The translations under genes and the position numbers were made by a program. The notes under the pieces are model-generated. The model was given only the letters and a program-made list of their open reading frames with translations, had not been told where the DNA came from and did no database searches. Below are positions 21,901 through 33,900 of a DNA stretch of 64,000 bases, piece after piece. Within the stretch, counting starts at the first letter, position 1. The number at the start of each line of letters is the position of its first letter. This DNA is from Squalus acanthias (taxonomy: Eukaryota), in assembly GCA_030390025.1 (NCBI GenBank), contig CM059431.1:157172001-157236000 (forward strand), in the 5' to 3' direction.

Positions 21901-23430
21901 AAAGACAATTTCCAATCAACAATAACAACTTGCTCATATATGGCGCATTCAACTTGGATAAGTAAATAATCTAAGGCGCCTCAAGTAAATTTTAATGAGG
22001 CAGAAGCACATACACATCCGGGACCAATGAAAGATATAAGAGTATAGTCAAAAATGTGAGTTTAAAGCAGACGTTCAAGGAATGATAGCGTTTGTAGAAG
22101 CGGAGCCGTTTTTTTAAAGAGAATTCCAGAGTGTGGGGCATCTACCTCTTTCTCCACCTGAAATACATCTGTTTTTGAAAAATCATATTTTCCTATTTAT
22201 AAAAATAATCTACACAAATTCACTGCGAAACCTGCTCGCTTCTGGCACCAGGTGACGCTGAGTAGCTGAAGCTGCACGGTCTCAAATTAAATAAAATAAT
22301 CTAAGTGTAATTTGAAGTCAGTTTAGTCTTTTAAACGTGCATTTAGCAATCACTTGTGGCGTTAGATATTTTAATTTCACTCTCCATCGTTATTCTGTGA
22401 TTAATTCAGGCAGTGTATTTAAATCCGTGCATTACCTGCATTTTGACGAATGTTAAGACGGCTAATCCTTGTTCGAACATTCAATACCCACATTACAATA
22501 TCCGTGTTACAAATGTACGAATTGAAACATAATCATAACAAAAAAGTCAATCCTATCAACAGTGGATTCAGATTTACCATAATGTAATGGGATTCGAATA
22601 AATGAGGAACTGGGAAAACTTTGATTCCGAATCGCTGCGGTCTGTAAACGATCATTAAAATGCCCCGCGGCTAAACTCTCGTAAATAAAATAAATAATAT
22701 TGAAGATAAGAATCAGAGTTCCAGCACTTTTTGGTGTCTGGTACTTATTGAAATGCCTCAGTATTCATTAGTGCTAGATACAGAATACAGAAAGAAGCGT
22801 GCTTTGCAATGAAATACAGCTTCAGGGCTTTGCCGATGGCTAGATTATTAGACGCTCTGTTCATTCTCCGGCACATTTGAAGTTGTTCTGCAAAAAGTCA
22901 CGCTCTTCATCATTTAGTTTGTCATTTGCAGCCCACTGCCAGCACATCAACATCATCTTCATACTCAATTTGATCTCCATCTTTTCCCGTATCATAACCT
23001 GCTTCTTCCAGGTACCTGCCACCTTCAATGTATTTTTATTCTGCCACCCATACTTCACTCCCTCATTATAATTTAAATTGTTATTGCTTTTCACGCCTCT
23101 CTCCACTTAGGCACCGATTCATCATCTTGACATTCCTTGCTTTACCGGGACCCTGCTGTGATTTGCCTGAACATAATAAAAGTGATTTTTTTACATTTAT
23201 GGACAGGGATGGTGCGCGGAATTTTGACGGGGTAGGCGGATCCGATACTAATCCAATATTAATCAAGGAGTCAATTACTGCAGTAAGGAGGGATGATATC
23301 TTAGCAGGTTCCTCTAATGAGGCCATATGGGTAGAACTTAAAAACAAAAAGGGGACAAGAACTTGGCTGGGAGTGAACGATAGGCCCCCAAACAGTCAGG
23401 GGGAGATAGAGGAACAGATATGCAGACAAA

Positions 23431-26400
23431 TAGGGTCATAGTGTTATACAGCACCGATAGAGGCCCTTCGGCCCATCCTGTCCGCGCCGGCCTTCAAGCC
23501 CTGTCTAATCTAATCCCATATTCCAGCATTTGGTCCGTAGCCTTGTATGCTGTGGTATTTCAAGTGCTCATCCAAATGCTTCTTGAATGTTATGAGGGTT
23601 CCTGTCTCCACAACCCTTTCAGGCAGTGAGTTCCAGGCTCCAACCATAATCTGGGTGAAAAAGTTCTTTCTCAAATCCCTTCTAAACCTCCCGCCCTTTA
23701 CCTTGAATCTATGCCGCCTTGTTATAGACCCCTCTACTAAGGGAAAAAAGCTCCTTAGTATCCATCCTATCTATGCCCCTCATAATTTTCTACACCTCAA
23801 TCATGTCCCCCCTCAGCCTCCTCTGCTCCAAGGTAAACAAACCCAATCTGCCCAGTCTCTCTTCATAGCTGAAGCACTCTAGCCCGGGTAACATTCTGGT
23901 GAATCTCCTCTGCACCCTCTCCAAAGCGATCACATCCTTCCTGTAGTGTGGCGAACAGAACTGCACGCAGTATTCCAGATGTGGCCTAACCAGTGTTTTA
24001 TGCAGCTCCATCATAACCTCCTTGCTCTTATATTCTGTGCCTCGGCTAAGGGATACAAGTATCCCATATGACTTTTTTACCACATTATCCACTTGTTCCG
24101 CCGCCTTCAGGGATCTGTGTACTTGCACACCAAGATCCCTCTGACCCTTCGTCTTGCCTAGGGTCTTATCATTCATTGTATATTCCCTTGCCTTGTTAGT
24201 CCCTCCAAAGTGCATCACCTCGCACTTTTCCGGATTAAATTCCATTTGCCACTGTTCCGCCCATCTGACCAACCCATCTATATCGTCCTGCAGACTGAGG
24301 ATACCCTCGTCGCTATTTACCAATCTACCAATTTTTGTATAATCCGCGAACGTACTGATCATACCTTTTACTTTCATATCCAAGTCGTTAATGTAGACCA
24401 CAAACAGCAAGGGACCCAGCACCGATCCCTGTGGTACCCCACTGTCCACAGGCTTCCAGTCACAAAAACAACCTTTGACCATCACCCTCTGCCTTCTGCC
24501 ACTGAGCCACTTTTGTATCCAATGTGCCAAAGCACCCTGGATTCCATGGGCTCTTACCTTCTTGACCAGTCTCCTGTGCGGGACTTTATCGAAGGCCTTA
24601 CTGAAATCCATGTATACCACATCCACTGCGTTTCCCTCATCCACACACCTAGTCACCCCCTCAAAAAATGCAATCAAATTAGTCAGACATGATAATCCCT
24701 TGACAAACCCATGTTGGCTAACCCTGATTAATCATTGACACTCCAAGTGGAGACTCATTCTGTCCCTCAGAATTTTTTCCAATAATTTTCCTGCCACTGA
24801 TGTTAGGCTCACTGGCCTGTAGTTCCCTGGTTTTTCACTACTCCCTTTCTTGAATAATGGTACTACATTAGCGGTTCTCCAGTCCTCGGGCACATCCCCT
24901 GTGGCCAGAGAGGTTCTGAATATATGTGTTAGAGCCCACGCAATCTCCTCCTTTGCCTCACACAGCACCCTGGGATACATTTCGTCCGGACCTGGGGATT
25001 TATCCATTTTTAGACCTGCTAAAACCGCCAATACCTCCTCTCTCTACATATTAAAATGTTCGGGTATATCCCAGTCCCCCTGCCCATTTTCATGTCTGCA
25101 TCGTCCTTCTCCATAGTGAAAACAGATGCAAAAAAAAAAAATTGAACCCCAGCTACATCTTCCGGCTCCACACACAGATTGCCACTTTTGTCCCTAATGG
25201 GCCCTATTTTTTCCCTAGTTATCCTCTTACCCTTAATATACTTATAAAACATCTTAGGATTTTCCTTTATTTTGCTCGCCAGTGTTATTTCATGGCCCCT
25301 TCTTGATCTCTTAATTTCTTTTTTTAGTATCCCCCTGCACTTTTTGTACTCCTCTAGTGCTTCCTCCGTCTTTAGCATTTTGTATCTGCCAAAAGCCCAC
25401 CTTTTTTTCCTGATCCATTCTCGTATATCCCCTGACATCCAAGGTTCCCTGGGGTTTTTGGAACCACCCTTGACCTTTACGGGAACATGCTGCCATTGTA
25501 TGATCCCAATCTCCCTTCTGAAAGAATCCCATTGCTCCGATGCGGATTTTCCTACAAGCAGCTGATCCCAGTCCATTTTGGCCAGATCCTGCCTTATCCT
25601 ATTAAAATCGGCCTTCCCCCAAATGAGAACCTTTATTTCCGGCCCATCCCTGTACTTTTTCATGACCACCTTAATTCTCATCGAATTATGGTCACTGTCA
25701 ACAAAGTGCTCACCTACTAGCACTTCCTCCACTTGGCCGGCCACATTCCCTAGAATTAGTTCCAGTACCGCCCCCTCTCTTGTAGGACTTTCTACATGCT
25801 GGCTCAAAAAGCTCTCCTGGATGCACTTTAAGAATTTTGAACCCTCTAAGCCTTTCACACTCTGACTATCCCAGTTAATATTGGGGAAGCAGAAATCCCC
25901 CATTATTATTTCCCTATTATTTGCACATTTCTCTGAGATTAGCCTACATATCTGTTCCTCTATCTCCCCCTGACTGTTTGGGGGCCTATAGTACGCTCCC
26001 AGCAAAGTGCTTGCCCCCTTTTTGTTTTTAAGCTCCACCCATATAGCCTCATTGGAGGAACCTGCTAATATATCATCCCTCCTTATGGCAGTAATTGATT
26101 CCTTAATTAATATTGCGAAACCCCCTCCTCTTATACCTCCTTCTCTGTCTCGGCTGAAGATTCTGTACCCCGGAATATTGAGCTGCCAGTCTTGCCCCTC
26201 CCTCAACCATGTCTCCGTGATAGAAACAATATCATACTCCGATGTATTTATCAACACCTTCAGTTCATCCACCTTCTTCGCTAGACTCCTTGAATTAAAA
26301 TAGATGCCTTCCAGCCTTGCTCTTACATGTTTGCCCTGTCTTCCAAGCTGACTTGTCTTTTTCTCTATATTTGACTGTACATCACCCCCTATTGTAGCTC

Positions 26401-28168
26401 CACTCTTTATCTCATCCCTCTGCCAAGTTAGTTTAACCCCCCCCCCCCCCCCCCCCCCCGCCAACAGTGCTAGCAAACCTCCCCGCAAGGATATTTGTCC
26501 CGCTCTGGTTCAGGTGCAAACCGTCCGACTTGTACAAGTCCCAACTTCCCCAGAAGCAGGCCAGTGATCCAGGAATCTAAAACCCTCCCTCCTGCACCAA
26601 CTCTTTAGCCACGCATTCATCTGTTCTAACCTCCTATTCCTATACTCACTAGCACGTGGCACTGGGAGTAATCCAGAGATTACAGCCTTTGAGGTCCTGC
26701 TCTTTAATCTGCTGCCAAGCTCCCTAAATTCTTGATGCAGGAGCTCATCCCCCTTCCTACCTATGTCGTTGGTCCCAAAGTGAACCACGACCTCTGCCTG
26801 CTCACCCTTCCCCTTAAGCATGCCCTGTAGCCGCTCATTGACATCCATGACCCTTTCCCCAGGGAGGCAAAAAACCATCCTGGAGTCATGTATACGGCCA
26901 CAGAAACGCCTATCTGTTCTACTTACGATAGAGTCCCCTATCACTATTGCTCTCCCACTCTTTGGCCTCCCTTTCTGAGCAGCAGAAGCTACCCTGGTGC
27001 CAGGAAGTTGGCTGCTGCTGCTCTCCCCTGGTGAGTCATCCCCTCAACAGTATCCAAATCAGTATAACTGTTTGAAAGGGGGATGACCGCAGAGGTCCCC
27101 TGTACTTCCTGCCTGCCTCTGCTGCTCCGCCTGATGGTCACCCATTTCCCTTCTGCCAGTGCAGCCCTACCCTGCGGCAGACCAAATCGCTAAACGTGCT
27201 ATCCACGACCCTCTCAGCTTCGCATATGCTCCAAAACTCATTCACCCGCAGCTCGAGCGCCGCAATGCGGTCTACAAGTAGCTGCAGCTGGATGCATTTC
27301 TCGCACACATGGTCCCCATGGACACTGGCAGCGTCCCTGAATTCCCACATGGAGCAAGAGGAGCATAACACGGGGCTGATCTCACCTGCCATGCCCTACT
27401 CCTTTAATTAAATTAAAAATGTATTCAATACCCCAGTTAAAGATAAACTCTAGGGCGCTTTATTTACCAACTGTCCCCACTACACCACAGAGACCCTAGC
27501 AATTTAACACCACGGAACTTAAGCTTAAAAAGAGACAAATACTCACCAACCGATCACTTACCTGCTTTTTGGTGACGTCACACTTCGATTATCTTTCCCT
27601 CCGAGTTCGGAGACTGGTACGCCTTACCTGGTCTCTGGAGCCTTTTATAGGCCCACTGCCGCCGCTGAAACTCCCGCGGACGCTCTGAGGCCTTACCTGA
27701 TCTCTGTAGCCTTTTATAGTCCCACTGCCGCCGCTGAAACTCCCGCCGTCGCTCTGAGGCCTTACCTGGTCTCTGGAGCCTTTTATAGGCCCACTGCCGC
27801 CGCTGAAACTCCCGCGGACGCTCTGAGGCCTTACCTGATCTCTGTAGCCTTTTATAGTCCCACTGCCGCCGCTGAAACTCCCGCCGTCGCTCTGAGGCCT
27901 TACCTGGTCTCTGGAGCCTTTTATAGGCCCACTGCCGCCGCTGAAACTCCCGCCGACGCTCTGAGGCCTTACCTGGTCTCTGGAGCCTTTTATAGGCCCA
28001 CTGCCGCCGCTGAAACTCCCGCGGACGCTCTGAGGCCTTACCTGATCTCTGTAGCCTTTTATAGTCCCACTGCCGCCGCTGAAACTCCCGCCGTCGCTCT
28101 GAGGCCTTACCTGGTCTCTGGAGCCTTTTATAGGCCCACTGCCGCCGCTGAAACTCCCGCCGACGCTC
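23431..28168 (-). mobile_element. Near-full-length CR1 LINE E1 (5'UTR monomers, ORF1 zinc-finger plus SGNH esterase, family-Y ORF2), frameshifted
   Basis: ORF1 pieces 27138..27392 (CSSCSMW..HVCEKC) and 26510..26944 (GDS, GTND). ORF2 pieces 25019..26488, 24732..25031 and 23790..24677. The 3' tail lies at 23431. Confidence 0.93.
27622..28168 (-). repeat. Eight 69-bp tandem monomers forming the 5'UTR of E1
   Basis: CCTTACCTG recurs at 27622, 27691, 27760, 27829, 27898, 27967, 28036 and 28105. On the element's sense strand each unit contains TATAAAA and CAG|GTAAG. Confidence 0.97.
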
Positions 28169-30924
28169 AGAGAAATCTCAGAGAAGTATAGAAATAATAG
28201 GGTAATAATAGTAGGGGATTTCAACTTCCCCAATATCAACTGGGACAGTCAGATTGTGAAAGGCTTAGAGGGTGCGGAATTCTTAAATTGCATCCAGGAG
28301 AGCTTTTTGAGCCAACATGTAGAAAGCCCTACAAGAGAGGGGCCGTAACTGGACATAATTCTCGGGAATGTAGCCGGGCAAGTGGTAGAAGCGTCAGTAG
28401 GAGAGCATTTCGGTGACAGTGAGCTTAATTGGGTGAGATTTAAGGTAGTCATGGTAGAGGACAAAGATGGGCCGGAAATAAAGGTTGTAAATTGGGGGAA
28501 GGCCGCTTTTAAAATGATAAGGCAGGATCTGGCCAAAGTGGACTGGGATCAGCTACTTGTAGGAAAATCCACATCAGAGCAGTGGGAGTCTTTCAGATAG
28601 GAAATAGAGAGAGTACAGCGCCAACATGTTCCCGTAAAGGTCAAGGGTGGGACCAACAAGCCCAGGGAACCCTGCATGTCAAGGGACATACAAGAATTAA
28701 TTTGAAAAAAAAGGGAGACTTTTGGCAGATACAAAGGACTAAAAACAGTGGAAGCCCTAGAGGAGTATAGAACGTGCAGGGGGGTACTTAAAAAAGAAAT
28801 AAGAAGCGAAGAGGGGGCATGAAAAAACACTGGCGGGCAAAATAAAGGAAAATTCCAACGTGTTTTATAAGTATATTAAGGGCAAGAGGATAGCCAGGGA
28901 AAGAGTAGGGCCCATTAGGGACCAAAGTAGCAATCTGTTTGTAGAGCTGGAAGATCTGGGTGAGGTTTCAAATGGATGTTTTGCATCTGTGTTCACTTTG
29001 GAGATGGACGATGTAGGCTTAGAAACCAGGCAGGGGTTTGTGATATATTTGAACAAATTAGTATTGAGTGGGAGGAGTTACTAGAGTTTTTAGCGAGCAT
29101 AAAATGGATAAATCCCCAGGCCCAGACGAGATGTATCCCAGGCTGCTGTGTGAGGCAAGGGAGGAGATTACAGAGCCTCTGACACACATTTTCATATCCT
29201 CACTGGCCACAGGGGATGTGACAGGGGACTGGAGGACAGCTAACGTAGTACCATTATTCAAGAAGGGTAATAGGGATAAATCGGGGAATTATATGCCTGT
29301 GAGCCTAACATCAGTGGTTGGGAAATTATTGGAAGAAAAATGTGAGGGACAGAATTAGTCTCCTCTTGGATAGGCAAGGATTAATCAAGGATAGTCAGCA
29401 TGGCTTTGTCAGTAGGAGATCATGTCTAACCAATTTGATTGATTTTTTCAAGGGGTTGACTTGGTGCGTGGATGAGGTTAGTGCAGTTGATGTAGTCTAC
29501 ATGGACTTCAGTAAGGCTTTTTGACAAAGTCCCGCATGGGAGACTGGTCAAGAAGGGAAGTGCCCATGGGATCTAGGGCAATTTGGCACTTTGGATCCAA
29601 AATTGGCTTAGTGGCAGGAGGCAGATGGTGATGGTCGAAGGTTGTTTTTGTGATTGGAAGCCTGTGTCCAGTGGTGTACCACAGGGATCGGTGCTCCTTT
29701 ACTGTTTGTAGTGTGCATTAATGAAATTGATATGAATGTAGGAGGTATGATCAGTTAGCTCGCAGTTGAGACGAAAATTGGTGGTGTGGTAAACAGTGAG
29801 GAGGGAAGCCTCAGGCTACAGGACGATATAGACGGGTTGGTCAGATGGGCAGAACAGTGGCAAATGGAATTTAACACTGAAAAGTGTGAGGTGATGCATT
29901 TTGGGAGGACTAACAAGGCAAGGGAATACACAATGAATGGTAGGAACCTAGGAACGACAGAGGATCAGTGGGACCTTGGTGTGCATGTACATAGATCCCT
30001 GAAGGCAGCAAGACAAGTAGATAAGGTCGTTAAAAAGGCATATGGTATACTTGCCTTCTTTAGCCGAGGCTTAGAATATAAGAGCAGGGAGGTTATGATG
30101 GAGCTTTACAAAACGCTAGTTAGACCACAGCTGGAATTCTGTGTGCAGTTCTGTTCGCCACACTATAGGAATTATGTGATGCATTGGAGAGGGTGCAGAG
30201 GAGATTCAACAGGACTTCACCTGGGCTGGAGCGCTTCATTTATGTAAAGAGACTGGACAGGCTGGGGTTGTTATCCTTAGAGCAGAGAAGGCTGAGGGGG
30301 GACCTGATTGAGGTGTACAAAATTATGAGGGGCATAGATAGGGTAGATAGAAAGGAACTTTTCCCCTTAGTAGAAGGGTCTATAACCAGGGGGTATAGTT
30401 TCAATGTAAGGGGCAGGCTGTTTCGAGGGGATTTGAGGAAAAACTTTTTCCCCCAAAGGGTGGTTGGAATCTGGAACTCACTGCCGGAAAGCGTGGTAGA
30501 GGCAGGAAACCTCATAACATTCAAGAAGCATTTAGATGAGCACTTGAAATGCCATAGCCTACAAGGCTACGGACCAAGTGCTGGAAAATTGGATTAGAAG
30601 AGATGTGGCTTAATGGCTGGCGTGGACACGATGGGCCTAAGGGCCTCTATCTCTGCTGTATAACTCTATGACTCTATGACTATATGACCCACCGCAAGAC
30701 AATTTTTGAGCATATATTTCCTTATAACTCCGAGATCAAGCACGCGGCCAAAGAATGAATGACAAAGCAGTGAATAGCGAAAGGAATGGGCGAGAGTGTT
30801 TGCAAGTTGGATTGCGACTCTAGCTCGAGTCATCGGCAACATGTGCCGATAGCCGCTCGAATATCCTTTCCAATCTTTTTCAAACGACAATTGGTCGCGC
30901 GACCACGTAGCCTCTTGTCGGCTA

Positions 30925-33900
30925 AGAACATAAGAACATACTAAATAGGAGCAGGAGTAGGCCAATTGGCCCCTCGAGCCTGCTCCGCCATTCAATAAGA
31001 TCATGGCTGATCTGATCCTAACCGCCAATCTACTATCACAGAACCATCTCCTGAACCTAACAGAATTGGACACACGAAAATAGGAGCAGAATCAGGCTAC
31101 ACGGCCCCTGTGCCCGCTACGCTACCCACAGGGCCATGACCGATCCGAACCTAGACTCATGTCCAAATTCCTGCCCGCTCCCCGTAACCCTTAATTCCCT
31201 TTACTTCTAGGAAACTGTCTAATTCTGTTTTAAATTTATGTAATGATGTAGCTTCTACAGCTTTTTGGGGCAGCATATTCGATGGACCTACCACCCTCTG
31301 AATGAAATAGTTCCTTTTCATCTCAGTTTTGAAAGAGCAGCCCCTTATTCAAAGACTATGCCCCCTAGTTCTAGTTTCACCCATCATCGGGAACATCCTC
31401 CCCGCATCCACCCGATCCAACCCCTTCACAATCTTATATGTTTCAATAAGACCGCCTCTCATTCTTCTGAACTCCAATGAGTATAGTCCCAATCTACCCA
31501 ACCTCTCCTCATATGTCCACCCCCTCATCCCCGGGATTAACCGAGTGTACCTTCTTTGTACTGACTTGAGAGCAAGTACGTACTTTATTAAGTATGGACA
31601 CCAAAACTGTATGCAGTATTCCAGGTGCGGTCTCACCAATAACTTGTAGAACTGAATCAATACCTCCCTATTTTTATATTCTGTCCCCCTAGCGATGAAA
31701 GCCAACATTCCATTGGCCTTCTTAATCACTTGCTGCACCTGCATACTAACCTTTTGAGTTTCGTGCACCAGGACCCCCAGATCCCTTTGTACTTCAGTAC
31801 TTTCCAGTTTCTTGCCATTTAGATAAAATCTTGCTCTACTATTTTTTCCTGCCAAGGTGCATAACCTCACACTTTCCAGTATTGTATTCCATCTGCCAAA
31901 TCTCTGCCCACTTACTTAGCCTGTCTATGTCCCCTTGCAGATTTTTATGTCCTCCTCACTCACTACTTTCCCTCCCATCTTAGTATCATCTGCAAACTTT
32001 GATATGTTACACTCGTCCCCCCCTCCAAATCGTTAATATAGATTATAAAGAGTTGGGGGCCCAGCACTGACTCCTGCGGAACACCACTAGTTACTGATTG
32101 CCAGTCTGTAAATGAACCATTTATCCCAACTCTCTGCCTTCTGTTAGCTAGCCAATCCTCTATCCATGCCAGAATCTTACCCCCAATTCCGTGATTTTTT
32201 TATCTAAAGCAATAATCTTTTGTGTGGTACCTTGTCAAATGCCTTTTGGAAGTCTAAATACACCACATCCACTGGTTCCCCTTTATCCACCATGTGTGCT
32301 ACATCCTCAAAGAACTCCAGCAAATTGTCAAACATGACTTCCCCTGCATAAAACCATGCTGACTTTGTCTTTTAAATTATGATTATCCAAATGTCCCGTT
32401 ACTTTCTCCTTAATAATGGACTCCACAATTTTACCTACCACAGATGTTAGGCTATCCAGTCTATAGTTTCCAGCCTTCTGTCTACTGCCCTTTTTAAATA
32501 AGGGTGTTACATTAGCAGTTTTCCAGTCTGCCTGGATCTTTGCTGAGTCCAGGGAGTTCTGGAAAATTATTACCAATGCATCCACAATCCCTACCGCCAC
32601 TTCCTTCAAGACCCTAGGATGTAAGCCATCAGTTCCAGGTGATTTATCCGCCTTGAGTCCCATTATTTCACCGAGTACCACTTCCTTAGTGATTTTGATC
32701 GTGTTTAGCTCCTCACCCGCTATAGCCCCCAGTTTGTCCAGGGATATTCTTAGTGTCCTCTACTGAAAAGACTGAAACAAAATATTCATTCAGTGTATTT
32801 GCCATCTCCATATTTCCCACCATTAATTTCCCGGTCTCATCCTCTAAGGGACCAACATTTACTTTAGCCATCCTTTTTCCGTTTATATAACTATAAAAAC
32901 TCTTACTATCTGTTTTAATATTTTTTGCTAATTTACTTTCATAATCTATCTTCCCTTTCTTAATCAATCTTTTTGTTATTTTTTGCTGACTTTTAAAGTT
33001 TTCCCAATCCTTTATCCTCCCACTAGATTTGGCTACCTAAAAAGTCCTTGTTATTAGTCGAATATTATCCTTAATTTCTTTACTTAGCCATGGATGACTG
33101 TCTTTTCTTTTACATCCTTTTCTTCTCAATGAAATATATATTTTTTAGAAGTTATAAAATAACTCCTTAAATGTACACCACTGATCAGGTATCGTCTTAC
33201 CCTTTAATATAATTTCCCAATCCACTCTACTCAATTCCGCTCGCATACATTCATAGTCTCCTTTATTCAAGCTTAGCACGCTTGTTTGAGATCCAACCTT
33301 CTCACCCTCTAATTGAATATGGAATTCAACCATGTTATGGTCATTCATTCCAAGGGGATCCATTACTAGGACATTTTTAATTAATCCTGTCTCGTTACAC
33401 AGGACCAGATCTAAGGTTGCTTGCTCCCTGGTCGGTTCAGTTACATACTGCTCAAGAAACCCATCCCTAATACATTCAATGAACTCATCTTCAAGGCAGC
33501 CCTGCCCAATTTGATTTGTCCAATTAATATGATACTTAAAATTCCCCATAATTAAAGATGTTCCCTTATTACAAGCCTCAACTATTTCCTGATTGATACT
33601 CCGTCCAACAGAGTTGCAACTGTTCGGAGGCCTATAGACTAAGCCCACCAGTATATTTTTCCCCTTATCATTCCTTATCTCCACCCAAACTGTTTCATTA
33701 TCCTGATTGTTTGACCCAATATCTTTTCTCTGTATTACAGTGATTCCTTCATTTATTAACTTAGCCACCCCCCTCCCCTTCCTTCCTGCCTGTCCTTCCT
33801 GATCGTTAAATAGCCTGGTATGTTTAATTCCCAGGCATTGTCACCCTGCAGCCATGTTTCTGTAATGGCCACAAGATCATACCCATATGTAGTTAGTTGT

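Larger units (their letters stand above)
23256..30685 (+). mobile_element. 5'-truncated family-Y CR1, split by an antisense full-length CR1; own sequence 23256-23430 and ~28171-30685
   Basis: ILIKESITAVRR...EEQICRQ stops at 23430 and resumes as ISEKYRNNRV at ~28175. RT fragments run to 30597, with a CTCTATGA tail at 30664-30685. Confidence 0.9.

Noticed and set aside
22437..22520. Possible linker-exon remnant of NLR copy A (CAG|GTAATG donor; MFEQGLAVLTFVKMQ)
   Set aside because: No clear acceptor, stops in the upstream frames and no homolog found in copy B.
27589..28239. 216-aa Gly/Ser-rich ORF with repeating GGSFSGGSG units
   Set aside because: It is a by-product of the 69-bp monomer array (length divisible by 3, no stop), entered from adjacent antisense LINE sequence. 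There is no independent coding evidence.
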